Shown here: positions 42,135-51,190 of the stretch, piece by piece
Layout of the letters: every line of letters begins with the position of its first letter
Numbering within the stretch: position 1 is the first letter of the stretch
Notes under the pieces: generated by a model
Databases searched by the model: none
Told to the model about the DNA's origin: nothing
The model's input: the letters and a program-made list of their open reading frames with translations, nothing else
Position numbers and translations under genes: made by a program
Assembly (NCBI GenBank): GCA_963795855.1
Contig: CAWCIZ010000003.1
Coordinates: 544,001-608,000 of the forward strand
Source: Vulcanimicrobiota bacterium
Lineage (GTDB): Bacteria; Vulcanimicrobiota; Vulcanimicrobiia; Vulcanimicrobiales; Vulcanimicrobiaceae
DNA: 64,000 nt
Reading direction: 5' to 3'

Positions 42135-42954
42135 GCTGCAAGCCGAACCGCTCGTTCCACTTCGACTGCAGCTCCTCATCGACTCGATTGCCGGCGATCA
42201 AGCAGCGGCGCAGCCGAGGCATTTTGAAGCGCTCCGGATCGGCGAGCGCAAGCTGCGCCCGATAATCGTGCTCGCGCTGGAGTAATATCGTTACGTCAAG
42301 CTCGCGCACCAAATCCAAACGTTCGCTCGCGTCGAAATCCGCGTTGTGCGCAACCGCGGCCGATCCGCAAAGCCACGGCGCGGCGATCGCGCGTTCGAAC
42401 CAATTTTCGTCTTCAACGTGAAGCGCGCACCAGACGGTATCGATTGCGCCCGCACCGAGCAGTTCTCGCATTCCGTCGCGGGCTGAATCGAGCGTCGCGT
42501 CGGCGGCTCCGGTCTCGACCTCCGATCGCGGCGCCGGCCCGGCTTGGGCGAGCGTGTCGAGACGCGCCCACCCCTCGCACTCTTCCCCGATGAGCAAAAA
42601 GCGCGTCTGCGGTTGCAGTTGCTCGCGCAGCGCGTCGATCTGCGGACGATACACGCGGTTGGCGACAATCGTTGCGGCGGAAGGCGCACGCGCCGCATCC
42701 AGAACGACCTCGGCGCCGATGCGTTCGAGCGCCAGAAGCGTAAAGACGCACTTGGCGGTCGTCGAGAGCGAAACGTAAGCGCGCTCGCCGCCGGCAACGC
42801 CGAACGCGCGAAGCACCGCGGCGTAGCGCTGCGAGTGCACGGCGACCTCGCGAAACGTGTAGTCCCGGCGGTGGCCGTATTCGTCGATGAAAACCAGTGC
42901 CGTTCGCTGTTCGCCCGCGAGCCGATCGATCAGATCAGAGGCTCGCCAGGGCAT
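42112..42954 (-). CDS. Degenerate AMP-binding (acyl-CoA synthetase-like) protein
   Basis: RDYTFREV..YAAVLRAFGV..GER and LRRCLIAG..WNERFG segments, but no TSGTTGxPK loop and no C-terminal domain. Confidence 0.55.
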   Translation of the reverse strand: MPWRASDLIDRLAGEQRTALVFIDEYGHRRDYTFREVAVHSQRYAAVLRAFGVAGGERAYVSLSTTAKCVFTLLALERIGAEVVLDAARAPSAATIVANRVYRPQIDALREQLQPQTRFLLIGEECEGWARLDTLAQAGPAPRSEVETGAADATLDSARDGMRELLGAGAIDTVWCALHVEDENWFERAIAAPWLCGSAAVAHNADFDASERLDLVRELDVTILLQREHDYRAQLALADPERFKMPRLRRCLIAGNRVDEELQSKWNERFGLQLTSFAAV

Positions 42955-44144
42955 CCTCGAACACGCGAAGCAGCAGACTCGATTTCCCCATCCTCGATTA
43001 TCAGCGGCGGTGCCAGCCGCAAAACGTTTTCGTGCGTGTCTTTTGCGACGACGCCGCGTGCGAGCATCGCTTCGGAGAGGCTGCGCGCCGGTATCTTCAG
43101 CTCGACGCCGATCAGCAAGCCGCGCCCGCGCACCTCTTTCACGAGCGGCGAATCGATCGCGCGCACTCCGCGCATGATTTTCGCGCCGGCATAGCGAGCG
43201 CGCGACGGTAGCTTTTCCTCGACGATCACATCGAGCGCCGCAATTGCGACCGCAGAACCCAGCGGGTTCCCGCCGAAGGTGCTGCCGTGTTCGCCCGGGC
43301 GGAAGAGCAGCATCAGTTCGCGGTTGGAAAGCACCGCGGAAACGGGGTAGTAGCCCCCGCCGAGCGCTTTGCCGACGACGAGCACGTCCGGTTTTACGCC
43401 TTCATGATCGCACGCGAAAAGATCGCCGGTGCGTCCGAATCCGGTTTGAATTTCATCCGCGACGAAAAGAACGCGGTGTTCCTTGCACAATCCCCACGCG
43501 CGTTTCAAAAACCCGTCCGGCGGAACGATGACGCCGCCTTCGCCTTGTATCGGCTCGACGAGGACTGCGCATGTATTTTCATTCACGGCTTGCGCGAGCG
43601 CCGCGTAGTCGCCATACGGAACGTGCACGAATCCCGGCGTGAACGGACCAAAACCGCGACGGTACTCCGGCGTGGAACTCGCGCTGATCGCAGCCGTGGT
43701 ACGGCCGTGGAAATTATTCGTGAATACGACGATCTCGGCGCGATCGTTCGCTATGCCTTTGACTTCGTAGCCGTAACGGCGTGCGAGTTTGATTGCGGTT
43801 TCGACTGCTTCGACGCCGGTATTCATCGGCAGCGCCATTTCGTATCCGCAGATCTCCGTGAGACGCTGCAAGAATCCCGGCATGCGATCGTTGCGCATCG
43901 CGCGCGAAGTCAACGTTACTTTCTTCGCTTGTTCGAGTAGTGCAGCCATGATGCGCGGATGGCAATGCCCCTGATTTACGGCGGAATAGGCGCTCACGCA
44001 ATCGAGGTACCGTTTGCCGGCGACGTCGTAGAGCCATACGCCTTGCGCGCGTTCGACGACCACGTCGAGCGGGTCGTAGTTGCGGGCGCCAAACCGATCT
44101 TCGAGCGCTATCAGTTCCTTCGAAGCATCCTGAACATCGTGCAT
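42930..44144 (-). CDS. rocD: Ornithine aminotransferase
   Basis: YSAVNQGHCHP, FHGRT, EPIQGEGG, DEIQTG, GKALGGG, HGSTFGGNPL. Confidence 0.95.
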   Translation of the reverse strand: MHDVQDASKELIALEDRFGARNYDPLDVVVERAQGVWLYDVAGKRYLDCVSAYSAVNQGHCHPRIMAALLEQAKKVTLTSRAMRNDRMPGFLQRLTEICGYEMALPMNTGVEAVETAIKLARRYGYEVKGIANDRAEIVVFTNNFHGRTTAAISASSTPEYRRGFGPFTPGFVHVPYGDYAALAQAVNENTCAVLVEPIQGEGGVIVPPDGFLKRAWGLCKEHRVLFVADEIQTGFGRTGDLFACDHEGVKPDVLVVGKALGGGYYPVSAVLSNRELMLLFRPGEHGSTFGGNPLGSAVAIAALDVIVEEKLPSRARYAGAKIMRGVRAIDSPLVKEVRGRGLLIGVELKIPARSLSEAMLARGVVAKDTHENVLRLAPPLIIEDGEIESAASRVRGCPGEPLI

Positions 44145-44264
44145 GATTTTCCAGCGCGCCGAGTGTGTTTACTTCGGTGACGAAGGACCGCAGGGGCGCG
44201 AACGCCTGCGTTCCAGGAACACTTCCTCCTTTGGTTAAGGACGGTACGCTCGGCTACCTCTTTT

Positions 44265-45134
44265 ATGAACGACCACGCAACGTACGATAGCGCACAGGAG
44301 CGGCTGCGCTGGTTTGTCCGCCGCGACGAGCGCGCGAGCGTCGGCGAACTCGGGCAAACGCTGGTTTTCGACCATGGCCGGCGCACGGAGCACGCCACGC
44401 TGCTGCTGCACGGTCTGTCGGCCAGCCCGCGGCAGTTTTTCGCAGTTGCGACTGCATTGCACGCGCGCGGACACAACGTTTTCATTCCGCGCCTGCCGCG
44501 GCACGGCCATCGCAATCGCTTGTCCGAAGCGCTCGCTTCGATGAACGCCGCGCAGCTGGAAGCGTGCGCGAACGATTCGTTAGCGGTGGCGCAAGGTCTG
44601 GGCGAACGCGTGAACGTTGCGGGATTTTCGCTCGGCGGATTGCTGACCGCGTACCTCGGGCAATTCAATCCGATCCATCGCGCGGTCGCGGTTTCGCCGT
44701 TTCTCGGCGTTTCGTGGATACCCAACGTGTTGCGGCTGCACGTCGCGCGATGGCTGCTCAAACGTCCGAACCGGTTCTTCTGGTGGGATCCGATCTTGCG
44801 CGAGCGCCAACTTCCCGAACACGGCTATCCGCGGTTCGCCAGTCACGCCATCGCGCACGGTCTTACGATAGCCGATGCGTTGCTCGAAAGCGCCGAAACT
44901 GTCGCGCCGTTGGCCGACGAACTCGTGCTCGTCGTCAATCCCGGCGATTCGGCGATCAACCGGCGCGCCGTCGCTCGGCTGTACCGGCGATGGCTGCGGC
45001 ATAAGCCCGACGCGGTGACGATCCGGCGTTTGAGCGGTCTGCCGCCCTTTCTGCACGACATTATCGAGCCGAAACGCTACGTCGACGTCTCGCAGCGGGT
45101 AACGCCGATTCTCGTGGAACTCATCGACCGGTGA
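44265..45134 (+). CDS. Alpha/beta hydrolase (carboxylesterase-like)
   Basis: LLHG, PRLPRHG, GFSLGG, WWDP, HDIIEP. Confidence 0.85.
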   Translation: MNDHATYDSAQERLRWFVRRDERASVGELGQTLVFDHGRRTEHATLLLHGLSASPRQFFAVATALHARGHNVFIPRLPRHGHRNRLSEALASMNAAQLEACANDSLAVAQGLGERVNVAGFSLGGLLTAYLGQFNPIHRAVAVSPFLGVSWIPNVLRLHVARWLLKRPNRFFWWDPILRERQLPEHGYPRFASHAIAHGLTIADALLESAETVAPLADELVLVVNPGDSAINRRAVARLYRRWLRHKPDAVTIRRLSGLPPFLHDIIEPKRYVDVSQRVTPILVELIDR

Positions 45135-45691
45135 AGAGCCTGCGCCGCTGCGAGTGGCCGAAAAACGAATTGGCGATCGCGTATCACGACGCGGAGTGGG
45201 GCGTGCCGGCGCACGATGACGTCGTGCTCTTCGAATTCCTCACGCTCGAAGGTGCGCAGGCCGGGCTGAGTTGGGACACGATCCTGCGCAAACGCGAACG
45301 CTATCGCAAAGTATTCGCCGCTTTCGATCCGGGGCGGGTCGCGCGCTTCACCGATGCGCGCTGCGAGCGCATTCTGCAAGATGCCGGCATCGTTCGCAAT
45401 CGCGCCAAAGTGTACGGAACCGTCACAAATGCGAAAGCGTTTTCGAGGGTACAGGACGCGTTCGGAAGTTTCGATGCGTACGTATGGCGCTTCGTGAACG
45501 GCGAACCGGTTCGGCGGCCGCGCCGAAGGACGTCGGACATTCCCGCGAGCACGCCGATCTCGGACGCGCTCAGCAAGGATTTGCGCAAACGCGGCTTCAC
45601 CTTCGTCGGAACGACGATTTGCTATTCGTTCATGCAGGCCGTCGGCATGGTCGACGATCATTTGGTGACGTGCTTCAGGCGCCGCGCGTAA
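45131..45691 (+). CDS. tag: DNA-3-methyladenine glycosylase I
   Basis: RCEW, YHDAEWG, LEGAQAGLSW, QAVGMVDDH..C. Confidence 0.95.
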   Translation: MKSLRRCEWPKNELAIAYHDAEWGVPAHDDVVLFEFLTLEGAQAGLSWDTILRKRERYRKVFAAFDPGRVARFTDARCERILQDAGIVRNRAKVYGTVTNAKAFSRVQDAFGSFDAYVWRFVNGEPVRRPRRRTSDIPASTPISDALSKDLRKRGFTFVGTTICYSFMQAVGMVDDHLVTCFRRRA

Positions 45692-46572
45692 AACCGGCTC
45701 GCTCCTATACGGAGGCGCTGGAGCGCGTCCGCGAATTTCAGGCGCTCGACGACGAGCGCATCTTACCGCAAGCGCGAACGGCGTTGCTGGATCACGGCGC
45801 GGCCACGCCGCTTGCCGTCGTGCTTCTGCACGGATTCACGAACCATCCGGGCCAGTATCGCGAATTTGCGCCGCTGGTTCATGCGCGAGGCGCGAATGTC
45901 TTCGTTCCGCGCATGCCGGAGCAAGGCGATCGCGACCGCCTCACGCGCCGGATGTCGAACCTCACTGCCGAGGCGCTGCTGGCCCGCGCCTCGGCGGCCG
46001 TCGATGCAGCGTGCGGTTTGGGCGAGCGCGTCTGCGTGGCGGGTATATCGTCGAGCGGTCTGCTTTGCGCGTATTTCGGGCAGTACCGCGCAGACGTGGC
46101 TCGCAGCATCGCGATAGCCCCGGTCTTTGCCATGCTGAGCCTTGCGTATCCGATCAGTTACGCCCTTACGCGAGCGATGCTGGTGCTGCCCGACAAGTAT
46201 CTGTGGTGGGATCCGCGCGCGAAAGCAAACCAGCGTCCCGCTTCAGCCTATCCGTGGTTTTCCACACACGCGCTGGCGCAGACGATGCGCATCGGTGAAG
46301 ACGTCTACGCGCGTGCGCGGACGACCGCTCCTGCCGCGGCGTCGATCGTGTTGATGACGAATCCGAACGATCCGGCGGTGAACAACCACGCGACGCACCG
46401 CGTAGCGGTCGAATGGGACGACCACCGTGAAGGGTCGGCGGCAGAGTTTGCGTTTACTGATTTGCCGCGTAATCACGACATCATCGATCCGGACAATCCG
46501 CACGCGCGCACGGACGTCGTCTATCCGCGCTTGCTGGAATTCATTCTGGGAACGCCTGAAGGCCGCCCTTGA
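45688..46572 (+). CDS. Alpha/beta hydrolase, paralog of 44265..45134 (start uncertain)
   Basis: LLHG, GISSSG, WWDP, HDIIDP. Confidence 0.8.
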   Translation, partial: VKPARSYTEALERVREFQALDDERILPQARTALLDHGAATPLAVVLLHGFTNHPGQYREFAPLVHARGANVFVPRMPEQGDRDRLTRRMSNLTAEALLARASAAVDAACGLGERVCVAGISSSGLLCAYFGQYRADVARSIAIAPVFAMLSLAYPISYALTRAMLVLPDKYLWWDPRAKANQRPASAYPWFSTHALAQTMRIGEDVYARARTTAPAAASIVLMTNPNDPAVNNHATHRVAVEWDDHREGSAAEFAFTDLPRNHDIIDPDNPHARTDVVYPRLLEFILGTPEGRP

Positions 46573-46650
46573 CGCGCCGTTAAGGCGCTCATAACATTTT
46601 CCGGGTGATACTAACAGTTGTGCGCTGCTTTCGGAGGAGTTGAAAACTGC

Positions 46651-47475
46651 ATGCTTCGTAAATTCGTATTGCCGGTGCTAGCCGTGGGCTTGCTGCTTCC
46701 GATGACCGCGTGCGGCGGCGGCGGGTCCGCCGCTTCGGGAGCGAACGGATCGATCACGGTAGCCGGCTCGACGGCGCTGCTTCCGCTGGTGAAACAAGCG
46801 GCAGTCGATTATCAGCAGAAACATCCCGACGCCAAAATCAGCGTGTCCGGCGGCGGCTCGCGCGTCGGCATCACGCAGGCCGCGCAGAAGGCGGTCGATA
46901 TCGGCGACTCCGATATTGCCGCGCAGAACGAACCGAGCCTCGTGGATCATCAGATCGCCGTCGTCGACTTCGCCGTCGTCGTCAATCCGAAATCTGGGCT
47001 GAAGAATCTCACGACGCAGCAGATTCGCGATATCTTCAGCGGCAAAACGACCAATTTCAAACAAGCGGGCGGCGCGGATCAGCAAATCACGATCATCAAC
47101 CGTCCGCGCAGCTCGGGAACTCGCGCGGTGTTCGTCAAAAACGTGCTCGGCGGTCAGGAGCCGACCGAGAGCGGGCTCACGCAAGACTCTTCCGGGACGG
47201 TCGCCACGATGGTCGCGCAAACGCCAGGCGCGATCTCGTATCTCGCGATGGGCTACGTCAAAGCCGGTCAACAGTCGGCCGTTTCGATAGGCGGCGTCGC
47301 GCCGACCGATGCGAACGTTCAATCCGGCAAGTATCCGTACTGGTCGTACGAGCACATGTTCACGAACGGACAGCCGAGCGCGCAGGTCGCGGACTTCATC
47401 AACTTCGTGAAAACCGATACGGCGCTGCTCGAGCAGCTCCACTTCATTCCCGTCGGTTCGATGAAGGTGAAGTAG
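46651..47475 (+). CDS. pstS: Phosphate ABC transporter substrate-binding lipoprotein
   Basis: Lipobox MTAC; AGSTALLP, GGGS, SSGTR, YPYWSYEH. Confidence 0.9.
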   Translation: MLRKFVLPVLAVGLLLPMTACGGGGSAASGANGSITVAGSTALLPLVKQAAVDYQQKHPDAKISVSGGGSRVGITQAAQKAVDIGDSDIAAQNEPSLVDHQIAVVDFAVVVNPKSGLKNLTTQQIRDIFSGKTTNFKQAGGADQQITIINRPRSSGTRAVFVKNVLGGQEPTESGLTQDSSGTVATMVAQTPGAISYLAMGYVKAGQQSAVSIGGVAPTDANVQSGKYPYWSYEHMFTNGQPSAQVADFINFVKTDTALLEQLHFIPVGSMKVK

Positions 47476-47488
47476 TCGCGCGAGGTGA

Positions 47489-48994
47489 TTAATTGTAATT
47501 CTTGACCCGCGGCCAAATCTGCGCGAGCGGCTCACGGATTCCGCGGCAGACCATGATCGGCAGGCCGTTCTCGTACGGCATGACGTAATCGGCGGTGAAG
47601 ACGGCGGCGCGGCGCGAACTGCGAAACAGATGCGCTCCCGCTCCGCAGTCGCCGCCGACGTCGACGATCACATTGCCGGAATACCCGTGCGTCCCCCACA
47701 GGAAGTACTGGTTGTGGCCGCTGATGACCGGTGGTAAACCCCGACCGAAAAACGCGATCGCCGACGCTTCGCCGTAATTGCTCGCCACGATAACGGCCTG
47801 CGCGCGCTGCTTTGGCGGTAGCGCGTCGTAAACGTCCGTCACCGTTTGCGCGAGCTGCGGCCAGCCGTGCATGTCGGCCCAGTCTTGCGTCATCCACGTT
47901 TGCTTCGAGTGTTCCGTTACCGTCAAGCCTTGACCGATTTTTGGGCCGACTGCTTTGTTGAAAGCCACGAAGGTGTGCTCCGGCAAAATCGGCTCGACAT
48001 ACGGCAGCAGCGCAAGCCCGGAGATCAGGGTAACGGCAACTACCGCCCAGCGGATGCCGGACGCTCTGCGCGTCGCGGCTTCAATTGCTACAGCGCCCGC
48101 GGCAAAAAAGATCGGATAGACGTCGGCCGGATAGTAATGCTTGGCATGCGAGGCGATCATGCTTGCAAGCAAAACGGCATATCCGTAGCCGAGAAAGCGC
48201 GCCGATGCCGTTCGGAAAGTCCAAACCAATCCGGCGATCCAGATGAGGGCAAGCAGCGGATTCGTGATGATCAGCTCCGCCAGCGCGTATTGCGCCGGAG
48301 ACAGCACGACGTTCTTTCCGAGTTGTCCGTTGCGAAGCAATTCCCACATCGGGAATCCGTTCGCAGCTTGCCAGAGGAAATTGGGCAGCGCGATGACGAC
48401 TGCCGCCAGCACGCCCGCCGCAAACCACTTCGAGCGCAGTATTCGGCGTTCAGGCGTCAGCAACAATGCGACGACAAGCGCCGCCGCGAAATACAGCACG
48501 CTGTATTTGCTTTGCAACGCGCAGCCGATGACGATGCCGGTCGGAAGCCACTGCCGCAAATCGCCGCCTTTTGCCATGCGTACGACGTAGAGCGCCGCGA
48601 GCGGCCACAGCCACAAGCCAACCATGTCCGGCCCGACTTTCATGGCGAATGCGGCCAAAACGGGGCACAGCGTGCTTGCGAGCGCGGCGAGGGCCATTGC
48701 GAACGCGCCGCCGCCGAATTCGATGGCAAGCAAACAGACGACGTATGCCGAGGCGCCCGCAAAAATCGCGGCAACCGCGCGCAGCGCGAACAGCGAATGT
48801 CCGAATAGTTGCGAAGCTGCTGCCAGCAGCGGCGTCACGGGCGGCTGATCGACGTAGCCCCACTGAGGATGCATGCCGCAGATGATGAAGTACAGTTCGT
48901 CGCGGAAAAAGCCGTAATGCGGGTTCGCCAGCAGGTGGAAAGCGAACGCGAGGATCGCGGCGATTGCCGGAATACGGGTTTGCTTACCGTTCAT
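47489..48994 (-). CDS. Glycosyltransferase family 39 (ArnT/PMT-like) membrane protein
   Basis: YGFFRDELY, GYVDQPP, SKY, PNFLWQ, NYGEA. Confidence 0.88.
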   Translation of the reverse strand: MNGKQTRIPAIAAILAFAFHLLANPHYGFFRDELYFIICGMHPQWGYVDQPPVTPLLAAASQLFGHSLFALRAVAAIFAGASAYVVCLLAIEFGGGAFAMALAALASTLCPVLAAFAMKVGPDMVGLWLWPLAALYVVRMAKGGDLRQWLPTGIVIGCALQSKYSVLYFAAALVVALLLTPERRILRSKWFAAGVLAAVVIALPNFLWQAANGFPMWELLRNGQLGKNVVLSPAQYALAELIITNPLLALIWIAGLVWTFRTASARFLGYGYAVLLASMIASHAKHYYPADVYPIFFAAGAVAIEAATRRASGIRWAVVAVTLISGLALLPYVEPILPEHTFVAFNKAVGPKIGQGLTVTEHSKQTWMTQDWADMHGWPQLAQTVTDVYDALPPKQRAQAVIVASNYGEASAIAFFGRGLPPVISGHNQYFLWGTHGYSGNVIVDVGGDCGAGAHLFRSSRRAAVFTADYVMPYENGLPIMVCRGIREPLAQIWPRVKNYN

Positions 48995-49166
48995 GACCGT
49001 AGTGGTAGCTGAAGAACAGAGGCCGATGGCCGTAAACAACGGGAGCGGCCACCAGTAGCGGCGATGAGGCTCATGCGAGGGTCATACCGGATTCCGCAGG
49101 GATCGTCAACGGCCGCGGGACGAACGGGCAGAAGCCGGCCCGTCCCTTCGCGTCGAATTCGGCGGC

Positions 49167-50822
49167 GTGGAAAATGCGACGGCCGTATTCCTCGCCGATC
49201 TCACGGTGGCGCTCGTCTCCGCGAGTATTCTAGGACTTCTTGCGCGTGCCGCGCGCATCACGCCGATTCTCGGCTACGTCGTCGCAGGGATCATCATCGG
49301 TCCGTTTACGCCCGGGTATCACACCGCGGACGCATCGCTGAACGGGCTGAGCGAACTGGGGCTGATCTTGCTGCTGTTCAGCCTGGGCCTCGGGTTTTCA
49401 CTGCGCGAACTGCGGCACGTCGGGACCGTCGCGATGATCGGCAACGTCGCGCTCATGGCGGTGTTCGGCGCTGCTTCCTGGGCCATCGGCGCGGCCATCG
49501 GACTCACGCACCCCGTGACGCTTGCGCTGGCGTTCACGCTGTCGAGCACCGCTATCGGTGTGGCGTTGTTGAAACTCTTCGGTTTGCTCGGCAAACAGCC
49601 GGGACAAGCCGCGATTGCGCTGCTGGTCGCGCAGGATTTGCTCGCAGTGCTCATCCTCGTCGTCACCACGACGCCTCCCGCGCAGCTCTCTCTGCTCGGC
49701 GCGCTGCTGCCGCTGGTGAAAGCGGCCGCGTTCGTCATCGTCGCTTTGGCGCTCGGCGCGACCGTGCTGCATCGAATCGTCATTGGGTTCTTGCGGCGCG
49801 CGCCGGCGGAAGCGATGATAGCCTTTTCGACCGCGGTCGCGCTGGTCGCGGCGTGGATCGGGCATTTGGCGGGACTTTCGTTCGAATTCGGCGCGTTCGT
49901 CGCGGGCGCCGTCACGTCGGAAGCCGCGGGAAGCCGGCTCGTGCATTCGATCGTCGCGCCGCTGCGAGAGCTCTTCGTGATGCTGTTCTTCGTGTCGATC
50001 GGAACGCTCGTGAATGTCGGCGCGCTACTCAATGCATGGCCCGTCATTCTGGCGTTCGGATTCGCGCTCATCGTTCTGCGCTTCAGCGGTTGGTACGCGC
50101 TGAGCCGGTTCGTCAATCAGCGGCGCGGCACTGCGATCGCGCTAGGCATCGCGATGGTGCCGCTCGGCGAGTTCAACGTCGTTCTTGCCAACAACAGTTT
50201 CCTCGCTAGACGGTTGAATGCAAGCGAGTATGGGATCGCAATCGGTGCGACGCTGCTGTCGATCATCGTCGCAGCGCTGGCCGCACGCATTGCCGCGCCC
50301 CGCCGCGCGGCGATCGATGCGGCAACCGAGTCCACCGAACGGGAATACGCGACGCCGCCCGCGATCGTCATCATCGGCTACGGGCGAGTCGGCCGTACCG
50401 TCAGCGCACTCTGCCGCCGTGCGGCGATTCCGCTCGCCGTGATCGAATTGGACGTCGACGCATTGCGTGCTGCGCAGCACGACGGGCTGGATGCGCACTA
50501 CGGCGACGGCGCCGATCCGAATGCGATCGCGCGCGTGATCGTGCCGTCGACGCGCATCTTGCTCAGCACGATTCCCGACACGGCCGCGAATGCCGCAATA
50601 GCGGGGCGGTTTGCCGCGAACGCGAATCTGCGCGTGATCGCGCGGGCCGAACGCTTGCGCGACGTCGCCATATTACGCAAAGCCGGCGCGCAGGGCGTGC
50701 TGGTTCCCGAAGCGGAAGGCGCCTTCGGCTTCGCTCACACGGTACTCTCGGATTTCGGCGTGAGCGGCGAACGCATCGACGAATTGATTCGCGATCAGCG
50801 CGCCGCCCTCGCGTATCTCTAG
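49167..50822 (+). CDS. CPA2 cation:proton antiporter with TrkA-N (KTN) domain
   Basis: GYVVAGIIIGP, LSSTA, QD, GAFVAG, FFVSIG, GEF; GYGRVG. Confidence 0.92.
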   Translation: MENATAVFLADLTVALVSASILGLLARAARITPILGYVVAGIIIGPFTPGYHTADASLNGLSELGLILLLFSLGLGFSLRELRHVGTVAMIGNVALMAVFGAASWAIGAAIGLTHPVTLALAFTLSSTAIGVALLKLFGLLGKQPGQAAIALLVAQDLLAVLILVVTTTPPAQLSLLGALLPLVKAAAFVIVALALGATVLHRIVIGFLRRAPAEAMIAFSTAVALVAAWIGHLAGLSFEFGAFVAGAVTSEAAGSRLVHSIVAPLRELFVMLFFVSIGTLVNVGALLNAWPVILAFGFALIVLRFSGWYALSRFVNQRRGTAIALGIAMVPLGEFNVVLANNSFLARRLNASEYGIAIGATLLSIIVAALAARIAAPRRAAIDAATESTEREYATPPAIVIIGYGRVGRTVSALCRRAAIPLAVIELDVDALRAAQHDGLDAHYGDGADPNAIARVIVPSTRILLSTIPDTAANAAIAGRFAANANLRVIARAERLRDVAILRKAGAQGVLVPEAEGAFGFAHTVLSDFGVSGERIDELIRDQRAALAYL

Positions 50823-50828
50823 TCGGGT

Positions 50829-51122
50829 CTAACGGGCTGCGTGCACCGGCACTTCGGCCGTCGTCGCGTCGATGTGCGCTCGCACGGCGTTTACTTCATC
50901 CGCGGGGAAGCCGCCGCGCCGTGCGTGTTCGCGAATCTCCTCCTCGCTTTGCGCGATGTAAACGCAATAGATCTTGTCGTTGGTGACGTCACTCTCGATC
51001 CACTGGATCGATGGCCCCATTTGCTGGAGGACGCTGCATGATTTGGCGGCGATACCTTGGAGTTGATCGGAAGTCAAACTCCCGGCGTTCGGAATATCAC
51101 GCTCGATGATGAACTTCGGCAT
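50829..51122 (-). CDS. DUF4242-family protein
   Basis: MPKFIIERDIP, IQWIES, KIYCVY, HARRGGFPAD. Confidence 0.85.
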   Translation of the reverse strand: MPKFIIERDIPNAGSLTSDQLQGIAAKSCSVLQQMGPSIQWIESDVTNDKIYCVYIAQSEEEIREHARRGGFPADEVNAVRAHIDATTAEVPVHAAR

Positions 51123-51190
51123 GACAACCTCCTTCGGAGTGCCCTAACGATACCTGCGCACGCCGCTTTTTTCAAGGCGTGCCGCTCGGC

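Noticed and set aside
49060..49078. Fluoride riboswitch-like GGCGATGAGG
   Set aside because: Lacks the complementary CGCC and the downstream pseudoknot segment.
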